NCBI GenBank assembly: GCA_965207885.1
Contig: OZ242311.1
Coordinates: forward strand, 4,320,001-4,384,000
Source of the DNA: Candidatus Latescibacterota bacterium
Lineage (GTDB): Bacteria > Latescibacterota > UBA2968
DNA: 64,000 nucleotides
Reading direction: 5' to 3'
Below, in pieces: positions 28,184-37,359 of the stretch. Both the position numbers and the translations under genes were made by a program. The notes beneath the pieces are model-generated. The model saw only the letters and a program-made list of their open reading frames with translations, had not been told where the DNA came from and searched no databases. Position 1 is the stretch's first letter. Every line of letters starts with the position of its first letter.

Positions 28184-29323
28184 ATGAAAATTACCGACGT
28201 CAAAGCCACAACATTGAAGGGCTACAAAGATTGGAACTACGTGAAAGTAGAAACCGATGCTGGCATATCGGGCATAGGTGAAGCACATCCGGGCGAAGGC
28301 ATAACCGATGCGGTGACAAAATGCTTGCGCCCCATGCTCATCGGGCAAAATCCCCTGAATGTCGAGCCACTCTACACGCGGATGCTCGACCGTTCTACTG
28401 GGCAATCTACCGCCGGGATACTCCTCGGCGCAATCGGCGGTGTGGAAACAGCTCTTTGGGATGTCGCGGGCAAAGCCATTGGCGTGCCAGTCTATCAATT
28501 ACTCGGCGGAAAATATCGAGACCGACTGCGGATGTACGCCGATGTGGGCAGGGGACGAAATCGTACAAACACCCCCGAGACATGGGCCGAGCGCGCCAAA
28601 GAGGGCGTGGCAGATGGGTATCAGTCCATCAAATTCGACATCGACGGATCGGCAAACGAATTGCAACATGACCCCGTAGATCGCGGGTTATCACTCGCCG
28701 AATTGGACAAAATGGAAGCCATGGTATCCGCAGTCCGCGACGCTGTCGGATACGACATCGACCTGTGTATTGACTGCCACGGAAAATACAATGTGCGCGA
28801 CGTGCTCTTACTCGCCCAGCGCCTGGAAAAATTCAACCTGATGTTCCTCGAAGACCCCGTACCCCCGGAAAATATCGACGCCATGGGCAAAGTAACGGCT
28901 TCGACATCCATACCGATCTGCACGGGCGAATGGGTCCACCGCAGAGATGGATTTCGCAGGCTAATTGAGAATCAGGCATGCGACATGCTACACATCGATA
29001 TCTCAGCGACCGGCGGCATGCTGGAAGGCAAAAAAATCGCCGACCTGGCAGATCTGTACTATATGCCCGCCGCATTCCACAACATCGTATCGCCGCTGGG
29101 CATGGTAGCATCCGCGCATGTAGGCGCAACCGTAAGAAACCTCCACACCCTGGAACTGCCCTACCACGCAGACCAGATAGAATGGCGATGGGACCTCGTA
29201 ATCAGCGACGAGCCATTAATTCAGGATGGACAATTTGTCCTCCCAGAAAAACCGGGCCTCGGCGTCGAATTTAACGAGGATTTGGCACGCGCGCATGTGA
29301 AAGAAGGGTATGATTTCTTCTGA
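28184..29323 (+). CDS. Mandelate racemase/muconate lactonizing enzyme family protein
   Basis: ETALWDVAGK, KFD, DCHG, FLEDP, CTGE. Confidence 0.9.
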   Translation: MKITDVKATTLKGYKDWNYVKVETDAGISGIGEAHPGEGITDAVTKCLRPMLIGQNPLNVEPLYTRMLDRSTGQSTAGILLGAIGGVETALWDVAGKAIGVPVYQLLGGKYRDRLRMYADVGRGRNRTNTPETWAERAKEGVADGYQSIKFDIDGSANELQHDPVDRGLSLAELDKMEAMVSAVRDAVGYDIDLCIDCHGKYNVRDVLLLAQRLEKFNLMFLEDPVPPENIDAMGKVTASTSIPICTGEWVHRRDGFRRLIENQACDMLHIDISATGGMLEGKKIADLADLYYMPAAFHNIVSPLGMVASAHVGATVRNLHTLELPYHADQIEWRWDLVISDEPLIQDGQFVLPEKPGLGVEFNEDLARAHVKEGYDFF

Positions 29324-29346
29324 ATCGAAAAATTGGAGGACATGCA

Positions 29347-29529
29347 ATGAGAGACCACTACACCTACCGCATCACATGGTCTCCTGAAGACAACGCGCAT
29401 GTGGGTCTATGCGCTGAATTCCCATCACTAAGCTGGCTGGCACCTACTCCCGATGAGGCTTTGGACGGTATCCAGCGACTTGTGCGCGAATGCCTTGCAG
29501 ACATGCAAAGAACAGGAGAAGCGATTTAA
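29347..29529 (+). pseudogene. HicB-like antitoxin, N-terminal domain only
   Basis: HYTYRITWSPED..VGLCAEFPSLSWLA.TP.EAL.GI; ends before the usual C-terminal DNA-binding domain; no hicA adjacent. Confidence 0.65.
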
Positions 29530-29619
29530 CCAACTTTAGTCGTTGACAAGGGATGGCAGATTTCTATATTGATGCGGCTTTTGAGAAAATCTTAGATGCA
29601 CATAGAAAAAGGAGACACT

Positions 29620-30777
29620 ATGGAACTCAACATCGGCATGATCGGATATTCATTCATGGGCAAAGCGCACAGCAATGGATTCCGCCAATTGCCCGCATTT
29701 TTTCCCGAACTCGGTGTAACACCCGTATTAAAAGTAATCTGTGGACGCAACCCCGACGCCGTAAAAGATGCGGCTGAAACATATCAATGGGAAGAATACG
29801 AAACCGACTGGGAAAAAGTCGTCAATCGAGACGACATCGACGTCATCGACATCTGCACACCCGGCGACCAGCACCTGCCCATGGCACTCGCCGCATTGAA
29901 AGCCGGCAAACACGTCATCTGTGAAAAACCCCTCACAAACACCCTCGCAGAAGCCAGAGAATTGTTGGCCGTGGCAGAAAACACCAACAAAAAAACCATG
30001 GTTGCATTCAACTACCGCCGCGTGCCCGCAGTGGCATTGGCTCGGCAATTGATCGCCGAAGGGCGGATTGGAGAAATTTATCACTGGCGCGCCGTGTACT
30101 TGCAAGACTGGATCATCGACCCCGACTTCCCACTCGTCTGGCGATTGGAAAAAGACAAAGCCGGTTCGGGACCGCACGGCGATCTGAACGCGCACATCAT
30201 CGACCTCGCCCTCCATCTCGTAGGCGACATCGACAGCGTAGTCGGCGCAGATACCACCTTCATCAAAGAACGCCCGCTGCTCGAAGCCGTTGATGGGGGC
30301 CTGGGGGCGCAAGGTGGCGAACAAATGGGCCAGGTGACCGTTGACGATGCCACCATGTTTTTGGCCCGGTTCCAAAACGGCGCACTCGGCACATTTGAAG
30401 CCACGCGATTTGCCGCCGGACGGCGCAACTACAACCATTTTGAAATCAACGGAAGCAAAGGCAGTATCGCATTTAACCTGCAAAAAATGAACGAATTGCA
30501 ATTCTATTCGCGCGACGACGACGATCACATCCAGGGCTTCCGAGAAATCATCGTAGGTGAAGGCAGTCAACCCTTTATGGGCGCGTGGTGGCCCCCGGGA
30601 CACATAATTGGCTGGGAACACACATTCACGCATGAATTCAGGGATTTCTTTGAAGCGATTGCACAGGATGGAACCTTTTCTCCCGACTTTGCCGAAGGCA
30701 CAAAGGTACAGGCCATCCTGGAAGCCGTAGTCGACTCAGCAGCGTCAAAAACCTGGCAAGACGTGCCAAAAATTTGA
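29620..30777 (+). CDS. Gfo/Idh/MocA family oxidoreductase (levoglucosan/glycoside dehydrogenase-like)
   Basis: IGYSFMGKAHS, CEKPL, FNYR, YLQDW, GDLNAHIID, WWPPGHIIGWEHTF. Confidence 0.9.
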   Translation: MELNIGMIGYSFMGKAHSNGFRQLPAFFPELGVTPVLKVICGRNPDAVKDAAETYQWEEYETDWEKVVNRDDIDVIDICTPGDQHLPMALAALKAGKHVICEKPLTNTLAEARELLAVAENTNKKTMVAFNYRRVPAVALARQLIAEGRIGEIYHWRAVYLQDWIIDPDFPLVWRLEKDKAGSGPHGDLNAHIIDLALHLVGDIDSVVGADTTFIKERPLLEAVDGGLGAQGGEQMGQVTVDDATMFLARFQNGALGTFEATRFAAGRRNYNHFEINGSKGSIAFNLQKMNELQFYSRDDDDHIQGFREIIVGEGSQPFMGAWWPPGHIIGWEHTFTHEFRDFFEAIAQDGTFSPDFAEGTKVQAILEAVVDSAASKTWQDVPKI

Positions 30778-30796
30778 ACTAAAACAGGAGTAAAAA

Positions 30797-31795
30797 ATGG
30801 CAAGACCAGTTACGTTATTCACCGGACAATGGGCGGACTTGACACTGGAAGTCATGCTGCAAAAAGCCAGAGACTTTGGCTATGACGGCGTGGAACTCGC
30901 CTGTTGGGGCGACCACATGGACGTGCGCGAAGCCGCATCGAACGACGGCTATGTGCGCGAAAAAAAGGAATTGCTCGAACAATACGGCATGCAGTGCTTT
31001 GCCATTAGCAATCACCTGGCCGGACAGGCCGTATGCGACAACATCGACGAACGGCACGAGGCAATCTTGCCGCCCCATGTATGGGGCGATGGCGACCCCG
31101 AAGGCGTGCGACAACGCGCCGCCGAAGAAATGATAGCAACAGCCGAAGCCGCAAAAGCCATGGGCCTGGCCGTGGTCAATGGCTTTACCGGATCCTCAAT
31201 TTGGCATCTGTTGTACTCTTTTCCCCCGGTGTCACCCGATCAGATCGACGCGGGATTTAGCGACTTTGCAGACCGCTGGAACCCGATTCTGGATGTCTTC
31301 CAAAATAACGACGTGCGATTCGCACTCGAAGTGCATCCAACGGAAATCGCATTTGATATAGCCTCATCTGCCCGGGCATTAGAAGCACTGGAAAACCGAC
31401 CGGAATTTGGCTTCAATTACGACCCCAGCCACCTGGTCTATCAAAATGTGGATTATGTCGGCTTTATCCGCGAGTTCAGCGACCGGATCTATCACGTCCA
31501 CATGAAAGACTCGTACCTATCGCCCAATCCCAAACGCGCAGGTATATTTGGTGGGCATACAAATTTCGGCGACCCGGACCGCAGTTGGGATTTCCGCTCA
31601 GTGGGCCGCGGCAGCGTGGATTTCGAAGAAATCATTCGCGCATTAAACGACATTGGCTACGATGGACCGCTCTCCGTCGAGTGGGAAGATTCGGGCATGG
31701 ACCGCGAACACGGCGCAACCGAATCCTGCGCCTTTGTCAATGAGATCGACTTTGAACCCTCAGACGTGGCATTTGACGCGGCGTTTGAAGAATAG
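30797..31795 (+). CDS. Sugar phosphate isomerase/epimerase (AP_endonuc_2 TIM barrel)
   Basis: [40 protein letters not shown]. Confidence 0.9.
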   Translation: MARPVTLFTGQWADLTLEVMLQKARDFGYDGVELACWGDHMDVREAASNDGYVREKKELLEQYGMQCFAISNHLAGQAVCDNIDERHEAILPPHVWGDGDPEGVRQRAAEEMIATAEAAKAMGLAVVNGFTGSSIWHLLYSFPPVSPDQIDAGFSDFADRWNPILDVFQNNDVRFALEVHPTEIAFDIASSARALEALENRPEFGFNYDPSHLVYQNVDYVGFIREFSDRIYHVHMKDSYLSPNPKRAGIFGGHTNFGDPDRSWDFRSVGRGSVDFEEIIRALNDIGYDGPLSVEWEDSGMDREHGATESCAFVNEIDFEPSDVAFDAAFEE

Positions 31796-31819
31796 CTTTC
31801 AGCAGTCAACTTTCAGTGG

Positions 31820-31877
31820 TCAGCCCTCCCATCCACCGCCCCAACAGGGCGGAATAGTGAGGGCTGGCATTTTTTTG
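31820..31877 (+). terminator. Putative intrinsic terminator
   Basis: CAGCCCTC..GAGGGCTG stem enclosing CCGCCC/GGGCGG, followed by a T tract. Confidence 0.5.
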
Positions 31878-31888
31878 GGGAATACACA

Positions 31889-33442
31889 ATGGCACGTTAT
31901 CTATTTCTCGCAATATTGATGCTAATAACCGCTTGTGGACAACAGACCGGGCGCACGGTCGTCTTTGGGCGCGGTGGCGATTCTGTCGGACTGGATCCCG
32001 CGCTGGAGACAGACGGTGAATCGTTTAAAGTATGCGATAATATCTACGAAACACTCGTCGCATTTGTGCCCGAACGCACCGACCTCGCACCCGGATTAGC
32101 CACTTCCTGGCAAGCGTCAGAAGATGGATTAACCTGGACATTTAAGTTGCGCGAAAACGTCGTCTTTCACGACGGCACGCCCTTTACCGCCGATGCCGTC
32201 GTCTTTTCACTCGCGCGTCAATTCAAACCCGATCACCCTTTCAACAAAGTAGAAGGCGCGTATCAATACTGGGCAGGCATGTCCATGAGCGACATCGTAA
32301 AAGATGTACGCAAAATAGACGACCTGACTGTATCCATTGACCTGAAACGCCCCAACGCACCTTTTCTCTCTAATCTGACAATGAATTTTTGCGCCATCGT
32401 CAGCCCTGTTGCCGTCGAAAAATGGGGAGCTGATTTTGCGCGGCATCCCGTGGGCACAGGGCCGTTTCGCTTTGTCGAATGGATCAAAGACGACCGCGTT
32501 GTATTAGAACGCAACCCCGATTATTGGGGACCAGCCCCCAAAATTGATCGCCTGATTTTTAGAAGCATTCCCGAAAACTCCGTCCGACTAATCGCCCTGA
32601 CCCAGGGATCTATCGACGGCATGGACAACCTCGTACCGGACTTTTTACCGACAATTGAATCGGATGAAAATATCGCATTGCTATCCCAGCCGGGGATGAA
32701 CGTGGGCTATCTGGCGATGAACATGGACAAAGAGCCGTTCCAGGACCTCAATGTGCGGCGCGCCATAAACCACGCAATCAACAAACAGGCCCTGATCGAC
32801 AACCTGTATCAGGGCCTGGCCATGCCAGCGGTCAACCCAATTCCACCAACCCTCTGGAGCTACCGGCAAGAAACACCCGGCTATGAATACGATCCGGAAA
32901 AAGCCAGAACGCTCCTATCTGAAGCAGGACTCCCAAACGGATTCAAAACTACCCTCTGGGCCATGCCTGTACCCCGCCCCTATATGCCACAACCCCAGAA
33001 AATCGCCCAGGCGATCCAGGCCGATCTACAAATAATTGGCATCGAAGCTGAAATCGTCACTTATGAATGGGGAACATATCTGGACAAAGTCCAGCGCGGG
33101 CAACATGACATGGCATTGCTGGGCTGGACAGGAGACAACGGCGACCCCGACAACTTCCTCTATATCCTGCTGGACAAAAGCGCGACTCAAATACCGGCCA
33201 ACAATATTTCCTTCTACCGCAGCGACCCGTTGCACGAAGTACTGGTAGCCGCCCAGAAAGAATCCGACAAAGCAAAACGCACGACCCTGTATCAAAAGGC
33301 TCAAGAAATCGTCTTTCAAGACGCACCCTGGGTACCCCTCGTACACGCAACCCAAACAGCGGCATTCCGCACCCGCGTCAAAGGCTTTAAGCTACACCCC
33401 ACCGGGAGCAAATGGTTCCACGATGTGATGATTGAAGAGTAA
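31889..33442 (+). CDS. dppA: Peptide ABC transporter substrate-binding lipoprotein
   Basis: Lipobox ITAC, LATSW..SEDGLTWTFKLR, PVGTGPF, WAMPVPRPYMP, GWTGDNGDPDNF. Confidence 0.9.
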   Translation: MARYLFLAILMLITACGQQTGRTVVFGRGGDSVGLDPALETDGESFKVCDNIYETLVAFVPERTDLAPGLATSWQASEDGLTWTFKLRENVVFHDGTPFTADAVVFSLARQFKPDHPFNKVEGAYQYWAGMSMSDIVKDVRKIDDLTVSIDLKRPNAPFLSNLTMNFCAIVSPVAVEKWGADFARHPVGTGPFRFVEWIKDDRVVLERNPDYWGPAPKIDRLIFRSIPENSVRLIALTQGSIDGMDNLVPDFLPTIESDENIALLSQPGMNVGYLAMNMDKEPFQDLNVRRAINHAINKQALIDNLYQGLAMPAVNPIPPTLWSYRQETPGYEYDPEKARTLLSEAGLPNGFKTTLWAMPVPRPYMPQPQKIAQAIQADLQIIGIEAEIVTYEWGTYLDKVQRGQHDMALLGWTGDNGDPDNFLYILLDKSATQIPANNISFYRSDPLHEVLVAAQKESDKAKRTTLYQKAQEIVFQDAPWVPLVHATQTAAFRTRVKGFKLHPTGSKWFHDVMIEE

Positions 33443-33723
33443 CCGATCAGACGGGAATGGCGTAAGAAGGGGCAACCTATCGAAAAAAATGGAATCTGGG
33501 ACAAATTTTGGACGACAAGACAAATTTTTGATATTGATTTTGTAAACGCTTGTATTATACTATGAACAATTTTTCATAGATGTCTAAAAAAATGCTGTTC
33601 ACGCAGATGAAGGTGTCTCAGATGTGATGCCATGCGCTATTTATACAAGAGATCTGAGCGACCAGTTAGACAAATCTGTTCACACTATTGTGTGGCTGAA
33701 GTCTAAAATGAAAAGAGAAACCA

Positions 33724-34950
33724 ATGCGTAACCTGATTTTGTTCACACTATCCACACTCGCGCTTTTGATACATCCGCTATTTCTTCCAGCGCAGAATAG
33801 CTTTTCTTTTTCCATAGATGCGAACACTGCGGCGGGTGATCAAGCGATCACATCTGTTAATGTATCCCCGGATTTTGATGGCGATGGTATAGTTGGCTTC
33901 TCTGACTTTTTGGCGTTTGCAGGTCTGTTTGGAGCAAGTCAGGGCGATGGGAGGTATGAAGCGAAGTATGATCTGGACAGCGACGGCGCAATTGGATTTT
34001 CCGATTTTCTGATCTTTAGCGCCAGCTTTGGCAAAGAGGTATCTCCCCCTGATGGTGCAACGCAGGTTGCCATCCCTGATACAAATCTGCGTGTGGTCAT
34101 TGCGGACAGTCTCGGCAAGGCGAGCGATGCACCAATCACGCAGGCAGAGATGGCGACCTTAACTCGCCTTGCTGCACCGAACAAGAATATTCGCGATCTG
34201 ACCGGGCTTGAGTTTGCGACTAATCTGACAGCGTTGGATCTCGGTGAATCGAATGTGTTTGTAGGGGAGCGGATAGAGTGGGTAAACAGTAACGAGATAT
34301 CCAACCTTTCGCCACTATCTAATTTGACCAGTCTGGAAACGCTGTATCTTTCCAGCAACAACATATCGAATGTGACACCCCTATCTAACTTGACCAGTCT
34401 GGAACGGCTGTTTCTTGAAAACAACAGCATATCGGATGTGACGCCACTATCTAATTTGACCAGTCTGGAACGGCTGTTTCTTGAAAACAACAGCATATCG
34501 GATGTGACGCCACTATCTAACTTGACCAGTCTGGAAACGCTGTTTCTTGACAGCAACAGCATATCGGATGTGACGCCACTATCTAACTTGACCAGTTTGG
34601 AATCGCTGTTTCTTGACAGCAACAACATATCGGATGTGACGCCACTATCTAACTTGACCAGCTTGAAATGGCTGGGTCTTGGCAACAACAGCATCTCAGA
34701 CCTCGCGCCGCTGGTGGCAAACACGGGATTGGGTAGTGGAGATGAGGTTGATGTGAGCAACAACCCCTTGAGTGCCACATCAATCAACACACACATCCCA
34801 GCCCTTCAGAGCAGAGGGGTCGAGGTAGATTTTAGCGCATCGAAGCCCGCGGTGAAAAACAAAGAACTGAGGATGCCCCTCCGGATGATAGAACCGTTAG
34901 GGCTGAAAAAATGGAAGGTGGGCGATAAAGGTCGCTTGAATAACTTTTGA
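33724..34950 (+). CDS. Secreted protein with EF-hand/dockerin-like pair and leucine-rich repeats
   Basis: Signal peptide; DFDGDGIVGFSDF and DLDSDGAIGFSDF; 22-aa LRRs TPLSNLTSLExLFLxxNSISDV. Confidence 0.9.
   Translation: MRNLILFTLSTLALLIHPLFLPAQNSFSFSIDANTAAGDQAITSVNVSPDFDGDGIVGFSDFLAFAGLFGASQGDGRYEAKYDLDSDGAIGFSDFLIFSASFGKEVSPPDGATQVAIPDTNLRVVIADSLGKASDAPITQAEMATLTRLAAPNKNIRDLTGLEFATNLTALDLGESNVFVGERIEWVNSNEISNLSPLSNLTSLETLYLSSNNISNVTPLSNLTSLERLFLENNSISDVTPLSNLTSLERLFLENNSISDVTPLSNLTSLETLFLDSNSISDVTPLSNLTSLESLFLDSNNISDVTPLSNLTSLKWLGLGNNSISDLAPLVANTGLGSGDEVDVSNNPLSATSINTHIPALQSRGVEVDFSASKPAVKNKELRMPLRMIEPLGLKKWKVGDKGRLNNF
34311..34667 (+). repeat. 66-bp tandem repeat (~5.4 copies) encoding LRR units
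   Basis: Unit ..CCACTATCTAACTTGACCAGTCTGGAA..CTGTTTCTTGA..AACAGCATATCGGATGTGACG repeated nearly identically. Confidence 0.95.
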
Positions 34951-34997
34951 CACTTCGTTTTTCACACCACCGAGAAATCACTTTGTGGTCAAAAATA

Positions 34998-35038
34998 AAA
35001 AACGGCAGTGGGTTGTAATACTCACCGCCGTTTCTTTT
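34998..35038. terminator. Putative bidirectional terminator
   Basis: AAAAACGGCAGTGGGT..ACTCACCGCCGTTTCTTTT. Confidence 0.55.
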
Positions 35039-35166
35039 AATGTATCGGACATCTTTTTTAAAAGCGACTCTTGCTCTGATCTCCAAAATCCTGTATCTAT
35101 AGCGTACAACTGAACCTCATTGTACACCGCTCCGACAGGTTTATCCCGATCCAGAGAATTGATACC

Positions 35167-35946
35167 ATGTCAGATACGACAACACAGTTGCATCCCGATC
35201 CCAAAGCCTGCGCTGTCGCCCGTGCGGTCTGCGATGTGGTCCATCCCAACACCGTCATCCTGTTCGGATCCCGCGCTCGGGGCGACTTTACGCCCGATTC
35301 CGATATCGACCTGCTCATCATCACGGACTCCCAGCAGATAGACCAGCAGGAATATATGCGCACGAGTGAGGCGGCTCGCCGCAAAGTCCAGGAAGTTTAT
35401 GGCCACTCCATGGGCGTTGACCTCGTCCACCTGAGCGAGGACGTTTTCCACGACGGTCGCCGTGCTCGAAACCATGTCGCAGGGCAGGCTGTCCGCGATG
35501 GCGTCGATATACATGGCGCAAAAATAATCTATGACAACCCGGAACCGACCAACTGGCCCGACATACGACAGCGAATCATCAATGCCGAACGGGAACTCCG
35601 CGTTCTGAATGTCTTAGTTGAAGCAGATGCCGACCAGGAAGCCATCGGTTTCCACGCCCAACAGGCCCTTGAAAACGCGCTAAAAGGCTGGATCTCAGCA
35701 CTCGATACCGACTACAAAAACACCCACGACCTATCCGACCTATCGGGCATCATCCGAAACCATCCCAAAGAGAACGACATCCCCGTCGGTGAAAAGTTGG
35801 CCTGGCTGACTAAGTATGCCGTAAGATACCGGTACCACGGCACAGAGGTCAGCGTGGAAGACCGCTTCGAGTTGCTCGCTACGGTAAAAGAAACCGTAGA
35901 GACCATCATCGCCCGCATTCGGACGCTGAGCAAAATGACTGAATAA
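35167..35946 (+). CDS. Fused minimal nucleotidyltransferase (MNT) - HEPN protein
   Basis: ILFGSRARGDFTPDSDIDLL (GS-x10-DxD) and IGFHAQQALENALKG..THDL..YAVRYRY (HEPN). Confidence 0.85.
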   Translation: MSDTTTQLHPDPKACAVARAVCDVVHPNTVILFGSRARGDFTPDSDIDLLIITDSQQIDQQEYMRTSEAARRKVQEVYGHSMGVDLVHLSEDVFHDGRRARNHVAGQAVRDGVDIHGAKIIYDNPEPTNWPDIRQRIINAERELRVLNVLVEADADQEAIGFHAQQALENALKGWISALDTDYKNTHDLSDLSGIIRNHPKENDIPVGEKLAWLTKYAVRYRYHGTEVSVEDRFELLATVKETVETIIARIRTLSKMTE

Positions 35947-36039
35947 ACGACCACTTCGCATCCGAACAGTCGGTCACCATAGAGCGACATGTTCCCAAGT
36001 CGTTCTATGCCAATGAAATATGGTACGCAATACGGTTTG

Positions 36040-36068
36040 TTGACACCCTTTTGGATTTGGGCTATATT
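36040..36068 (+). promoter_or_regulatory. sigma70-type promoter
   Basis: TTGACA-N17-TATATT upstream of the 36176-37195 gene trio. Confidence 0.55.
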
Positions 36069-36175
36069 GCTTGAAAGATCACTTTAATTTTTTAATATAC
36101 GACCTTATATCGAATACAATAGACGTCATAGTTTGTAAAAAAATAATAACTTAAAATTCGTCCCGGAGTTTAATA

Positions 36176-36556
36176 ATGGCAACATTTACTGTTGATGAAT
36201 TGGTCAAAGCAGCTGAGCAATTGCCTCAAATAGATTTGGAAAATTTGACAGCGCAGGTACTTACACTCAAGGCAAGACGCGCAGCACCAGAATTGTCGAA
36301 AAATGAAGCCGCGTTGCTCCGGAATATCAACCGGGGAATGCCTGATGAGTTACAAAATCGATATCGGGAACTTATTGCTATCAGACGATCAGAAACACTG
36401 ACTAAATCCGAACATGCCGAATTGCTTCACCTGACAACACAGGTTGAAAAACACGATACAGAACGGCTGAAATATCTTACCGAACTTGCACATATTCGAA
36501 AAATTTCTCTGACAGAACTTTTGGATGAACTCGGCATAGAACCAGCCTATACATAA
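36176..36556 (+). CDS. Hypothetical helical protein (antitoxin-like)
   Basis: 126-aa all-alpha ORF with GGAG RBS. Confidence 0.7.
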   Translation: MATFTVDELVKAAEQLPQIDLENLTAQVLTLKARRAAPELSKNEAALLRNINRGMPDELQNRYRELIAIRRSETLTKSEHAELLHLTTQVEKHDTERLKYLTELAHIRKISLTELLDELGIEPAYT

Positions 36557-36587
36557 GCTGTGAACGCATCGTAAAGAGTAACGGAAT

Positions 36588-36920
36588 ATGCTAATTGCAA
36601 AAATTCCTGACGATGCCCTTGTAGTGCGTGGCGGTAAAAACCGACCTGAAGATATTCAACGTGGAAGCGGAACACATCCCAGTGGAATCACAGGCATATC
36701 AGTAGAAAGTGGTGAGGGTGTATCCATCTCTGAATTGGCAAGGACGATTCCACATGGACAAGTTGGCGTGACAACCGTTGGTGAAATCCGAAAAGCTGGT
36801 GGTGATGTAGTGCGAACGTCTGGGCGAAGTCCTTACCATGCGACATTGACTGGACTTACGCCCGAACAAATTAGTGAACTTTTTGTGCCAACAATTCCAA
36901 ATCCAGCACTGGAGAATTAA
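36588..36920 (+). CDS. Hypothetical protein resembling a stand-alone polymorphic-toxin C-terminal domain
   Basis: DDALVVRGG..GISV..IPHGQVGVTTVGEIRKAGG..PYHATL; family assignment is from recalled similarity only. Confidence 0.6.
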   Translation: MLIAKIPDDALVVRGGKNRPEDIQRGSGTHPSGITGISVESGEGVSISELARTIPHGQVGVTTVGEIRKAGGDVVRTSGRSPYHATLTGLTPEQISELFVPTIPNPALEN

Positions 36921-36922
36921 AA

Positions 36923-37195
36923 ATGAACAAACCAAGAATATTCGCAGACTTTCACAACGCGGATGCACAAGGCAGGTTGCGTTTGAACTGCGCTGGGACT
37001 GTGGAAGACCTCACATGTCAGAAAATTTTTTTGAAAGAAGGACAATCGCTGATCCTTTATAGCGAAGATTTAGAAGTTGATGGTGTGGTTCGATACTCGA
37101 AAAAAGAAAATTTGTGGGTTGCTGTGATTGATTGGGATGCCATTCGAGAGGTTCCCCCCGTAGTCTCTCAAACAGAACACCACAGCCCGGTTTGA
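36923..37195 (+). CDS. Hypothetical protein, putative immunity partner
   Basis: Starts 2 bp after the preceding stop; IFADFHNAD..GRLRLN..WVAVIDW. Confidence 0.6.
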   Translation: MNKPRIFADFHNADAQGRLRLNCAGTVEDLTCQKIFLKEGQSLILYSEDLEVDGVVRYSKKENLWVAVIDWDAIREVPPVVSQTEHHSPV

Positions 37196-37235
37196 TAGCC
37201 TTCAAACAATGGCATAGATCCCCAAACCCGTCACA

Positions 37236-37274
37236 AAAAGCCCAACGGCCTCTTCCAAACCGTTGGGCTTTTTC
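37236..37274. terminator. Putative bidirectional terminator
   Basis: AAAAGCCCAACGG..CCGTTGGGCTTTT. Confidence 0.7.
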
Positions 37275-37359
37275 TATTAATGGATATTGCGCGTCAGTCA
37301 AATTTGTCGGATATTGCCTACACAACTCTATTCTCATCACCTTCTAAAAACCGCTTCCC

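Noticed and set aside
33939-34796. 285-aa repetitive minus-strand ORF, and the 66-bp repeats as a possible CRISPR array
   Set aside because: Antisense shadow of the LRR gene; the repeats are contiguous coding units with no unique spacers and no cas genes
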